A DNA stretch of 63,753 bases, filler included, from Rhabdomonas costata (Eukaryota): assembly GCA_019059605.1 (NCBI GenBank). It is 43 parts of 43 records of this genome, joined end to end, with 100 filler letters (N's around TTAATTAATTAA, not from the genome) between each part and the next. Parts side by side here need not be neighbours in the genome. Positions count along the whole stretch, not along the records: positions 1 to 1,386 come from JAHMHO010017500.1; positions 1,487 to 2,872 come from JAHMHO010017501.1; positions 2,973 to 4,358 come from JAHMHO010017502.1; positions 4,459 to 5,845 come from JAHMHO010017503.1; positions 5,946 to 7,330 come from JAHMHO010017504.1; positions 7,431 to 8,817 come from JAHMHO010017505.1; positions 8,918 to 10,302 come from JAHMHO010017506.1; 36 more parts are not named here. One strand, given 5' to 3'. Below the pieces are notes generated by a model, which was given only the letters and a program-made list of their open reading frames with translations, was not told the DNA's origin and made no database searches. A program made the position numbers and the translations under genes. Every line of letters starts with the position of its first letter. Positions within the stretch are counted from its first letter, which is position 1. Below are positions 1-10,270 of this stretch, one piece after another.

Positions 1-1251
1 GGTGGGGGTGGGCTGACGTTTGGCGTGACCAAGGCGTGGAGCGAGGATGTGATTGAGAGCGTCGCGGTGAACTACCTGGAGCTAGCCTGCACGGTCGCCT
101 GTCTGCGTTTGGGGGACTTCCTTGGCTTCGTGAAGGACGGGACGAACCAACTGGCGATGTACGCGGCAACGTCCAATATAAGCACTGGTTTGATTGCTTT
201 GGGTGGCACCCATCCACTTCCCTGGCGACTGTTCGGCACGGCGCTTTTTATTGACTGACTGTCATCACGTTGTCGTGATAAGGTGCATCAACCTGGGCTG
301 TTTTGTCCGAGCCATGCTGCACGCGGGAGGCGCAAGTTGGGCTACCCTTTGTTTCCCACTGATGCTCGACCACCGGATTTAGGTTCACCCTCAGGGCACC
401 ACAACAGTCTATGTCATCAGATCAGGATAAGAGTCGAGCGTTTTTCAGGTGTGCCTGAAAGCCGTGACCTCATCATCATTGCTCCTTACGAACCCAAGCT
501 TGGTCAGAAAGGGTGAAACGGGACCTGCGGTAGCTTGACAGACTGGTGGGCGAAGTGGCATGATCATCAGGACCATTGCTGTTTGCAGGGGGCGTTAAAG
601 GTTACGCGGTGCTCAACTTTTGGTGGTGGAAAACCGAACATCGCTGAACCCGCTGACGTCCCCACTCGGCTGCCCGTTGGGGTGGCGTGGGGGCCGTAGT
701 GCCGGCACTCTCCCCTCGGCTTGCCAAAACCCATTACAGACGATTTCAATGGTCCATGAAGCTGAATGCTCTCAGCAGTGTCAATCACACCCGTTTAGCA
801 CTTTTAAGCGTATAAAGCCCCCTCCCCAACGATATCTCATAAAGTTTTAATGACTTTGTTGTTCGTCGTTGCTAATCGCCTGCCTGCCTGCCTGCTCAAT
901 CTCCCCTTCTCGGCAGACGACCCGTACCCTGAGACCCTGCGGCACGTGATGATGACCCGGATGATGAGCTACTCCCAGTTTCCGCGAAACTTCACCGGGA
1001 TGACTTCTTTCGTGGGAGTGGGCTCCGGGGTGTTTCTGGCGATGTACTCTGATGTGGATTCGGGTCAGCTGCTGTGGGCGATTAGCTGCAACGAGACGGG
1101 GTACTATCAGGTGGCATGGCCGGCCGCCGAGCTGGCGAAGGACTGCGAGAGCTGCCCAGAGACTGTGCATGGGCTGTGGAGGAAGGATGACTGGAAGAAG
1201 TTTTACGCCAATGGTTATATGGGCACCAACCGCTATAACATCTCAGATACG
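1..1251 (+). CDS. Exons (~1-165 and 917-1251) of a membrane/extracellular protein, possibly the sensor region of a receptor adenylyl cyclase
   Basis: GC3-rich frames GLTFGVTKAWSEDVIESVAVNYLELAC... and DPYPETLRHVMM...NRYNISDT; the second is bounded by cag| (916) and |GT (1252). The family assignment is only a resemblance. Confidence 0.45.
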
Positions 1252-1386
1252 GTGTATCTTGTCTTTTGATGTGCGATATGTCGCATATGGGGTTAGTCTC
1301 AAAACGAGGCTAGCTTTTGTGTCGCTCGGAGGGACGCCTGGGAAACTGCATTTCAGTGGCGATTTTGGTTTCGGTTTAACTGTGCA

Positions 1387-1486
1387 NNNNNNNNNNNNNN
1401 NNNNNNNNNNNNNNNNNNNNNNNNNNNNNNTTAATTAATTAANNNNNNNNNNNNNNNNNNNNNNNNNNNNNNNNNNNNNNNNNNNN
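1387..1486. other. Artificial contig spacer (N-run + TTAATTAATTAA + N-run); first of 42 such linkers
   Basis: The same 100-nt block recurs about every 1485 nt; the 12-mer puts stop codons in all six frames; the flanking sequences are unrelated. Confidence 0.98.
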
Positions 1487-1737
1487 TGCTGTTACAGTTG
1501 TACAATCCTGTGCCTGGCAGCTGTGGAGTGTTGTACATATCTAGAAGGACCCCATCACATTACTCTTGGTGTTAAATGGGGCAATTCCGAAGTGATCCCC
1601 TTCCGGAAGGCCAACCAAATTACGCTCGATGCCTGCCCCCATCCTCATCAGAGCATTCAAGCATTCAAGCACTCAAGGGCGTTAAAATAACAAAGGAATT
1701 CAACAAGACAGCAGATCGAATGGACGCTCGCTCACAG

Positions 1738-2345
1738 AGTACGTGCCCGGGGGCGACTGCATGACCCTCCTGGCACGCCACGGTTGCTTCCCCGTGGACA
1801 CCAGCCGGATTTACATTGCCCAGATGATCCTTGCCGTGGAGTACCTTCACAGCCAGGGCATGGCCCTTTGCTTTCTCTCCCTCTGTATCCTTCCCACACG
1901 CCCCATACTGATTGGTTTTGAGCAAGCGTGCGCGTATACAAGAAAACAAAGGAGCTCTTCAGTGAAACAAACCTGCACATTTCAGCAAGGGCGCAGTAGG
2001 TTTGTGTTCCCGAATTACACACAATACGATACAAAATAAGGTCACCCTGCTTACCCCGCCAACCTTCTCACATAATCCTACTCACATCCACCGCCTCAAG
2101 GCGGGAGATCTTTGCTATGTCGCCATCACCTCTCGCATCTACCCATATCCCCCATGCATTTGAATGCTGGACTCTAGCGGTCTAGCTCTGTTGTGGTGGT
2201 TTTTTTCCCCGCGCCCGGAACAGGAGAGTGACTGGTGGTGGACCAGCGCCTCGCTGCAGTTTTCTTCTGTGTGCGTGGAACCAAAAGTTGATTGTGCTTG
2301 CACCTCACAGGCATTGTTCACCGAGATCTGAAGCCGGACAACATG
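1738..2345 (+). CDS. AGC-family Ser/Thr kinase (MAST/Greatwall/IRE-like), exons 1738-1857 and 2311-2345
   Basis: EYVPGGDCMTLL...IYIAQMILAVEYLHSQG joins GIVHRDLKPDNM (subdomains V-VIb) in frame across a GC...AG intron at 1858-2310. Confidence 0.9.
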
Positions 2346-2972
2346 GTGGGTTTATGTGTGTGCGTGTGCGGATTTGCCACTTTGACTTTCTTACCGTCTG
2401 AAAGTAAGATAGAGAGTTACTTTTACACTTTCCCTTTCAAACGAAAACTCCATATCACCATAATGAGACTCTCATAGAATCAGTCTTGTCCCAGAAGACA
2501 GCAGGCATTGGCACTTCAATCATGAGGATCGTCAATCATCAGGAGTACGCATGTTCTTGCCTCACTTGAAATGACTAGTGTGTAAAGGTGGGTGTGTTTG
2601 CCAGCACAAAACTGGTGGAATCAAACCTGCTCCCCCTTTGTAGCACAGGTGGTGTATCCATCGAAGGCGATTATCTTCTTGTTGATTTCTTTCTCCAAGA
2701 ATTTCGTATCACCGGAACTTATGTGGTCTGATTGGCTCAGCAGCTTGCCCTTTTTTGCGGATGCATGAAGTGTTGAAGCATTCCGTTTCTCCTAAGTGCT
2801 ACCGCACCTTTCTTGTTTCTTTTCTTGTTGCCTCTTGTAATAAATGCACACCCTCACCATCACCCCCCCCCCNNNNNNNNNNNNNNNNNNNNNNNNNNNN
2901 NNNNNNNNNNNNNNNNTTAATTAATTAANNNNNNNNNNNNNNNNNNNNNNNNNNNNNNNNNNNNNNNNNNNN

Positions 2973-3908
2973 GGTTGGTCCGAGAGCTCCACAGCAACCT
3001 GAACGTCGTCCAGCTGCCGGCGCATTTCGCGCAGGCGGGACTGGACTCTCCTGGAGGACAGAACGACATAAACGGCAGCGCGGAACCTGTAACGAAGAAC
3101 CGAGGGCACGGTGCGACAACAGTTCTTCGAAAAATTCTTGTTGGAAGGGCAGCAGCGGTAACGGTTATCAGTGTGATTGGTAACCGTAAATAGTAGGGAA
3201 GTTGCATTGCAGTCATGCCCCATTATAAAATCTTCCTTCCAGCGTAGCAGTCAGGCCGTCTTTAGCATCGGATCCCTTCTTTGCGTGTGGGATACTCGGC
3301 ATCACAAATTCATGCCCAAGAAAGAAACGCGTTTCTCACACAGTTGTATACCGCGCCACAACCACGGCAAGAGCGACGATGACGACTAGTACCGCCGCAA
3401 TGGGCACCAGGATGGGAATCAGGTTCAGCGCGGGCGGGGAAGACAGCGGGGGAATCAGGGGGTTCCCACCACAGGTCAGCGTGCGCAGCACAGCGTCCAG
3501 CTGTGCGGTCTGGCGCCCCAGCGCGGGAACAAAGCCATTGCTTTGCATCTGAGCAGAGCCAACCCAACATCAAGAAAAGAAACACAAGCCACACAAGCCA
3601 GGGTAGGTTCAATTGTCCAGACCTTCCCGCAGGCATCACCCTAGTCCTTGTATATGGTCAAACTGCTTGGCAACACACCATTTCGATATACAATGAGCAG
3701 TCTGCATACTGTGCTGTGAGGGCCGCTTCAAACAAAAAACGCGCGGCAGGAACCAAGTTCGAGGCTGTGGAGTTGGCCACCGCCCACTGCACGAACTCCA
3801 GCAGGCCCGCGGCCTCGGCGCAGCTCGGCCCAGGCACAGCCCTCCGCAGCACAAGCCCGGAGTACACCACAATGGGATATGCCCCTTCCGCGCTGCTGTC
3901 CAGAAGGT
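2973..3908 (-). CDS. Single-pass receptor with a PstS-like phosphate-binding extracellular domain, probably a receptor adenylyl cyclase; exons 3908-3754, 3548-3352, 3050-2973
   Basis: GAYPIVVYSGLVL...LLEFVQWAV...SNGFVP resembles the PstS C-terminus; TM helix LIPILVPIAAVLVVIVALAVVVA; coiled segment RLREMRRQLDDVQVAVELSDQ. GT-AG junctions keep all three exons in frame. Confidence 0.7.
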
Positions 3909-5955
3909 CTGTGGGTGTGGCGGTGCGAGTGCACAGCCGATTCGAAAGGGAGAAAACAGAAGAGATGCGTGGTTGACTTCCGGCCCTTTCAAAACAGATC
4001 AGCACTCGCAGTGTGTTCTTTACACCTTACCACGCATCTTCCTGTGCTGACGGTCAATTTTGTGACTGAACCACGGTGTGCCTTCCACTCAATCTCTGCC
4101 TTGCAAAACAAATTCGGCATTGAGTACGGGGAAACAATCCGTGACCTCAAACTATGCATATTGAAGAAAATCGGAAAGCAGTCCGTATCCAGCATTTACG
4201 ATTTCATGGTGGCACGGATGAATTGGGTTTACAATGTGCCGCATGCTCGATTTCCAAGTGCCCAACGTTCCCAGAAAACGGAGCCCATGACTCGCTCCCA
4301 TTGCCTCGCTGACCCACTAACAACTTGCTGCACCCGTTCCCTTTACAGAGCAAAGTTTNNNNNNNNNNNNNNNNNNNNNNNNNNNNNNNNNNNNNNNNNN
4401 NNTTAATTAATTAANNNNNNNNNNNNNNNNNNNNNNNNNNNNNNNNNNNNNNNNNNNNTTCGTATGTGGTTGGTGATGGTGGTTGGTGTAGAAGGAATTT
4501 CGTAGAGCTTCGTATTAGATAGCAGAAGATTTCGTTGTGTTGGACGAAGAGTTGAGTTGTCTTTGTTGTTGTGTGTTGTTACCTTTCAGGTGGAGCAGAG
4601 AGTACTTTCGCTAACGAGCTACCTTCTTTGTCGTTGGTGTTGTCGCAGCGGGACTTTGAGCAGTGGACAGTGCTGTTGTGGAGGTGGAGTGCTGTGTTGT
4701 TTCTCATGGTGTGAATGCTTTTCGTAAAGAGAAGGGGAAGTTCGTATCGTATAAAGTTAATCTTTCTTGTGGTAAGAATCGTTCAGCTAGAAGAGCTGAG
4801 CCGTTGGAGTGATCGGACGTCGGAGGCAGATGGCATCCTCCGTCCTAGCAGGGGAGAGTGTAACGGCTCAGCATACGTAGGAAGAACGTTTTGTAGTAGA
4901 AATAAAAGAGACAGCTTGGTGAGCCAGACAAGATTTTCGTAGTAGCTTGGAAGCTTGGTTAGTCTCAGAATTTGGTAAGGAGCTCATAGGAGATCGTTTT
5001 AAAGAGCAGAGATCAATTAAGGCTTTGAAGGTGTTCAAGAAATTCGTAGATCAGTGCGAGAGCAGTGGAGAAGCAAGTGTGGAAAGCAGATTTCTCAAAG
5101 GAGATGTTTAAGAAAGAGAGAGTTTTAGGAGCAGAGGCGGTCAAGCTGAAGCTTTGAGCAGAGTGCTGGCAGCGAAGGTGGCGGAAAACAAGAAGGAGAA
5201 GGCGCAGGAGGACGGTGCTGAGGAGAGCCGTTCCGTAGGACGACGTTGTGGTGGACAAGGCCGCAGAGCTGAGCACAAGACGAGTTGGCCGCGCAGTTCT
5301 GGAGAAGTTGAGCGAGAAGGCCGTGGAAAGCAGCCCCGGGAGGACAGGAATGGGGCGGCAAAGTGCAGCAGGCGGCGTGTTGAGGCAGCAAGGCACCGGC
5401 CAGCAGCGCCAGTTGAGGAGAAGTCCTTGGAAAAGCGCAGTGGGACCCCAGTGCAGGAGGGCAAGCTGACGAGAAGAAGCAGAGCGGGACGAGAAGCTGA
5501 AGAAGAACAACCCCGCTAGAGGAGAGGCAGCCCGAAGTCGAGGTCAGCGCAGAGGAAAGGAAGGCATGGCAAAGAAAGAGAAAAGAGAAGAGCAGCCCGA
5601 GCCAAAAAGGACAGAAAAGCCAGAAGCAGAGAGCGAGAGCATATATCAGGAGAGAGGAAAGTGGGACAAAGGAGGCCGAAGCGGAGAGAAAGAGAGGCAG
5701 CGAGAAGCAGGAATAAAAAGGGAGGGAGCAAAAGAGAAGCAAAAGAGCCAGCAGTAGCAGCAGTCAAAAGGCGGAGTTTGAGCAAAAAGACGAGCGAAAG
5801 AGAAGCCAGGAGGCAAAGGGAAGGGCAGCCCGAGCCAAAAAACACNNNNNNNNNNNNNNNNNNNNNNNNNNNNNNNNNNNNNNNNNNNNTTAATTAATTA
5901 ANNNNNNNNNNNNNNNNNNNNNNNNNNNNNNNNNNNNNNNNNNNNGGGGTTTGGG

Positions 5956-6819
5956 TCATATGTCTATGTTTAGGTCTTTTCTAGTAGATGGCATATTAAA
6001 CATAAATTTTTTACTGACCTTTAGCTTTATACCTGGGAAAGTACAGAAAGCCTGTTTGTGCTTAATCAGTTGCACAACACGAAACAAACTTGATTCGTTG
6101 AACATGTCATGAACTTGTATCTGAAACAAAGAATTCCGAATCTGAAACAAAGGATCTCGACTCGAATTAGATTCTTTCTTAAGTTCTTTCACAAATTCTT
6201 TCTCATTTATGCAGTTCTTCAAAGTTCGAAAGTATCTAATCGTATCGTCTGGAATAATCATCTCTTGCTTTGCATTGTTTTTCGACAGATACAATGCATT
6301 ACACATGAAATCAATATTGTCTGATTTCTCGAAGATGATATCAATCTTTATGTAAATCTTGTTGTAACACAACATAAGTTGTGCTCCACCATTTCCAGCA
6401 TATGGTGTCGTTTTCAAGAGATAAATCTTTGTTTTGTCTTCTTGGAATTCCGTGAAGCTTTTAATCGTTTTTGTGCATGCTTCTTCAATCCATTTGTGAG
6501 AACGACCACGTATCGTCATATCATCATCATCTCTGATTTGATTACGTTTGTCAATCAGTTCCTGTGATGCCACGAGATCAATATCATGAGGACAAGTGTC
6601 ATTAATCAGATCACGGATTGACCCACCGAAACAAGTAAATCCATGATTTAGGAACACCGTCATACATTGTATGTATGTTTGTTTTATGTTTATGTTACTC
6701 GTTGAATCAGTATGAACGAGTTTGTACAAGTTTTTGCATGTCATGCATAACTTGAAAAACGACGTAAAGTCCAGACAACTCGAAATCTCAGTGATGAGAT
6801 CAACAGGCAACTTGTTCAT
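5956..6819 (-). CDS. F-box domain fused to a class II (CCA-adding/poly(A) polymerase head-like) nucleotidyltransferase; intronless and AT-rich
   Basis: N-terminal LPVDLITEISSCLDFTSFFKLCMTCKNLYKL fits the F-box pattern; FGGSIRDLINDTCPHDIDL fits GGxxRD...DxD; KIDII supplies the third Asp; DFMCNALY resembles DFTxNA. Confidence 0.85.
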   Translation of the reverse strand: MNKLPVDLITEISSCLDFTSFFKLCMTCKNLYKLVHTDSTSNINIKQTYIQCMTVFLNHGFTCFGGSIRDLINDTCPHDIDLVASQELIDKRNQIRDDDDMTIRGRSHKWIEEACTKTIKSFTEFQEDKTKIYLLKTTPYAGNGGAQLMLCYNKIYIKIDIIFEKSDNIDFMCNALYLSKNNAKQEMIIPDDTIRYFRTLKNCINEKEFVKELKKESNSSRDPLFQIRNSLFQIQVHDMFNESSLFRVVQLIKHKQAFCTFPGIKLKVSKKFMFNMPSTRKDLNIDI

Positions 6820-6905
6820 TTTTCGTATTTTTTAGATCGATGAATCAAGCTTGATTGAATTTTATTTATTATAAGAATATATTGATTTAGTAAAGTATTA
6901 CTTTT

Positions 6906-6913
6906 TCAATTTT
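6906..6913 (-). promoter_or_regulatory. AAAATTGA Mimiviridae-type early promoter motif upstream of the F-box/NTase gene
   Basis: Plus-strand tcaatttt; correct orientation, about 87 nt upstream of the ATG at 6819, in a 160-nt AT-rich divergent intergenic region. Confidence 0.6.
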
Positions 6914-6979
6914 TTAAATATATAAAAAATTATTTTTCGTCATACATATCTTTATTTATTTCCATAATTATGTATAGAG

Positions 6980-7330
6980 ATGTATTTTAAATTAGGTATT
7001 CGATCAAAAAATAATATTAAAAAAATTCATAGACTTCCTGTTGTAAACAAAAAAGATAATAAAAATAATAAAATAGTTGTGTTACCTCCAGAAGATGATT
7101 ATATTTTATTTCGTACTAAATTTCAAAATTATAAACAACTTTATAATAATAAAATACCAAAGATTATATGGTCATATTGGAATGGATCAGAACCGCCAAA
7201 AATTGTAGATTATTGTATTCAAAATTGGAAAATTTTCGCTCCTAATTATGAAATTAATTTTCTTGATGATACAACTATTTTAAAATATATTTCTCCACCC
7301 CCAAATTTTCATAGTTTAACACCAACAAAG
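6980..7330 (+). CDS. Glycosyltransferase, GT32/capsular polysaccharide synthesis-like (5' part, truncated by contig end)
   Basis: KIPKIIWSYWNG...PKIVDYCIQNWKIFAPNYEINFLDD matches the N-terminal signature of DXD-type GT32/Caps_synth proteins. Confidence 0.85.
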
Positions 7331-9367
7331 NNNNNNNNNNNNNNNNNNNNNNNNNNNNNNNNNNNNNNNNNNNNTTAATTAATTAANNNNNNNNNNNNNN
7401 NNNNNNNNNNNNNNNNNNNNNNNNNNNNNNGGGTTGTTGGTTACGCTTCGACTTCGGATAGATCACACACGTTCTACCAAGGAAGATGGCTTATATTAGG
7501 ATTTACGGGGGTTTCGGTGGTCTTGAGTCACGGAGCGGAGCCCTAGATCCAAGATGCTTGGACACAAATACCCTTCTGAAGTAGCATTAAACAAACAAGC
7601 AATGCACACAACTTTGAAACACATGGGAATTGCGAAGCACTAATTGAGCTGCACCTGAAACGCAAAAAAGGTCCAGAGATGTCCACAAAGGTCAACAGAC
7701 AAGAACAAAGAAATAGTTTTTATGATGCTCCCACCTGTGTTGTCGACTCCTTTGCACTTTGCACTTTGCCATTAACTACGTTAGCACTGCATTGTTATAT
7801 ATTAGTCTGACTGTGTATGGAGCCGTATCCGAAGCCGTTTTACTGGGTGGAACCAGTGGAGCCGTATCCGAAACCCAACCTTGGTCGAAGATCGTTGCTG
7901 TACAATTACAAGATCCATTTGGGTGCACATGAGAAGTATGCAAAGGCACTGAGAGGCAGCGACCATCCTCAGCAGTTCCATGGCCTCCCGCTCTGCCAGC
8001 TCCACCAGCTGGCGGTGGGTCTCCTCCTCCGCCACGAGAAAGCCCAGCATCCACCCAATCAAACCCTGTAATTTCACGGAAGCACACACGTACACGCACA
8101 CACACACACTCACCCGTAGGAAAGACGGGGTTAAGCAACAGCAGCAGAAAAAGAAGAAGTGCGCACTGGAGAAAGTTGGAGGGAATTGAGGTTCGGTTAT
8201 GGAGTCCCCCCCCTTGCACCTGTCCAGATGGAACAACATCCCAAAATTTCGTACATTTTGGCGTCCGCTGAGATGGTTTTTACAACAACATACCCCCTCC
8301 CCCAGAGGATAGCGGGCTTGCGTTGTCGTTCTACCATGAGCAAGAGAACTATTCAAGACACACGGTGCCGAAAATTCACACTGGAAAATTCATGCAATCA
8401 TTTTAAAATGGATACATTTCACTCCACCAAACGCGTGGACGAAATCTTCTACTTGCTCGTTTCCGGAGATTGACGCCCTTCATGTTTTCGGCAGTTTGTC
8501 TTGCGCGAGCGGTTGGCGATGCATCCTCGCCCCCGGATTGTGTGGCCCTTTACATTGGACACCTTGCTCAATACGAAGTGCTTCGGCACGGAGGTGGTGC
8601 GTCCGAGCTTTCATTGCAACCACTCTCTCTGCCTTCCAAAAAGACCAGCTCACAGCTTCTTTGCAATTGCATCACCGTTCTCTTCATAGGTAGGCGCCAC
8701 GGGGACTCAGAGGCAGGACCACAACTCTGTTGAAGAGAACGTGCTACCCCGTGGGCCCGCCCACGCTTGATCTCTTCCATCACAGCTTTTCCCTGTAGCA
8801 TGTATTTTCCCATTCGANNNNNNNNNNNNNNNNNNNNNNNNNNNNNNNNNNNNNNNNNNNNTTAATTAATTAANNNNNNNNNNNNNNNNNNNNNNNNNNN
8901 NNNNNNNNNNNNNNNNNGGTGGGGTGGGAAACCCCCCACCCCCACCTCCGGTGAGGTGGGACAGAATATGGGCGCGCACGGCGGGTGGGGTCCAACGAGG
9001 TAACCCCGAGGATTCAAAGACACGGTCGTGGAGTACCCGAAGAAACTCGCAACTGCAGGAACAAGGAAAGAAGGCAGGAAGGCAGAAAGATGCACCCAAT
9101 ATTAGTAGTATTGCACACCCACAAATGCGATCTGTGGGGGGCGGGGGCACTGGTTGGCAGTGGTTGTGCGCCCACCACCCTGTTCACGAATCTCCGGAAA
9201 GCATTGCCACCCGAAGGCCGACGGCTTGTCCTACCCATAGCAATAATGAGCCGACATTCGCACTCTTCAGTTACACAGCCTCTGTCAATGCCAATGGAGA
9301 GAAAAGGGGGCAAGGAACGGGGGCAAGGAACAGGAAAAAGCATAAAGAAGCTCCTCCGTTGTCGTAC

Positions 9368-10270
9368 CTCTCTGTCACGGTGTCCTCCTCAGGGCCCGCC
9401 GCGGCCTCCGCTGGCGACGGGGTGCACCACGCCGAGCACAGGTCCAGCAGCGACTGCGCCAGCGCGGACTGGGGGAGGGCCTCCTCCCCATGTGCGAGGC
9501 CACGCCAGTTACGCTCCTGAGGCGCGTTCGTGACAGCGCGCCTTGTCGGTTGCTCGATAGCCAAAAACAACGCCAATGCCACTTGTACCACCGAACCTTC
9601 TCAACCTCGCCACCGATATGAATCACTGCATCTGTCATGGGAGAGCAGAAAATGGACCGTGGAGCTGACTCCTCCGAGGAAGGGCAAACAGGGCAGTCCA
9701 AGATGATCGGCGGCGCAAGGAATTTCCCATCCATGCAAAAAATTCCGCATTCACTTCTATCTTTTGTCGCATCCTACTGACATACTCACCATATTGTGAC
9801 TTCTGAGTATCGACAGCCGTGCGGAGAGAGTGGTCCAGCACCTACCCCCCTCCTCTCCGAGACTGCGGCTATAAAAAATCCCAGGGCTGAATCAGAAGGC
9901 TCGTATGGATGCACATGAAAGTTAGATGTTACGGCAGACGTTGGAGCTGCTGGGGAAAAAGTTGGGGACAGCAGTAAATGGCCTGGGCATATTCTCGCTA
10001 TGGTTCCACGTGCCACGTGCCCTGTAGGTGGTCACTCGCCGTCCTGAGATGGTGGCAATGGTCTGCTCACACTGCGCTTGAACGAATGAACGAAAGTAAG
10101 CAAAATACCACTGCAGCGCGGAGGCGGCCCAGCTCCCGCTCCTCTGCTCTGAGGGTGGGAACGTCCACGGAACCCACGGCGGAGGCGCGGGACTGCAATG
10201 TGAGCAGCTGCAGCACTCGGGTCCCCAGCCACACGCCAAGCTCCTTGCCCAGCACACCCTCCGGCCGTGA
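9368..10270 (-). CDS. Multi-exon hypothetical protein (exon-like blocks ~10270-10109, 9841-9790, 9516-9368)
   Basis: GC-rich blocks bounded by AG and GT, including a GTGAGT donor at 9789; reading phase not fully resolved and no family recognised. Confidence 0.4.

Noticed and set aside
1431-1442. Regularly spaced TTAATTAATTAA as a CRISPR-like or biological repeat
   Set aside because: It is always embedded in N-runs and is an artificial six-frame stop linker. ORFs ending in X...LIN are artefacts of it.
5013-5845. Long overlapping ORFs on both strands (Leu/Ser/Phe-rich or Glu/Lys/Arg-rich)
   Set aside because: They are by-products of extreme purine/pyrimidine skew and have no domain motifs.
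5946-7330. Organellar (plastid or mitochondrial) origin for the AT-rich contigs
   Set aside because: F-box, GT32 and receptor cyclase genes are not organellar gene content, and the ORFs read in the standard code.
7818-7873. Direct repeat TGGAGCCGTATCCGAA x2
   Set aside because: Only two copies 40 nt apart in non-coding DNA; no array and no cas genes.
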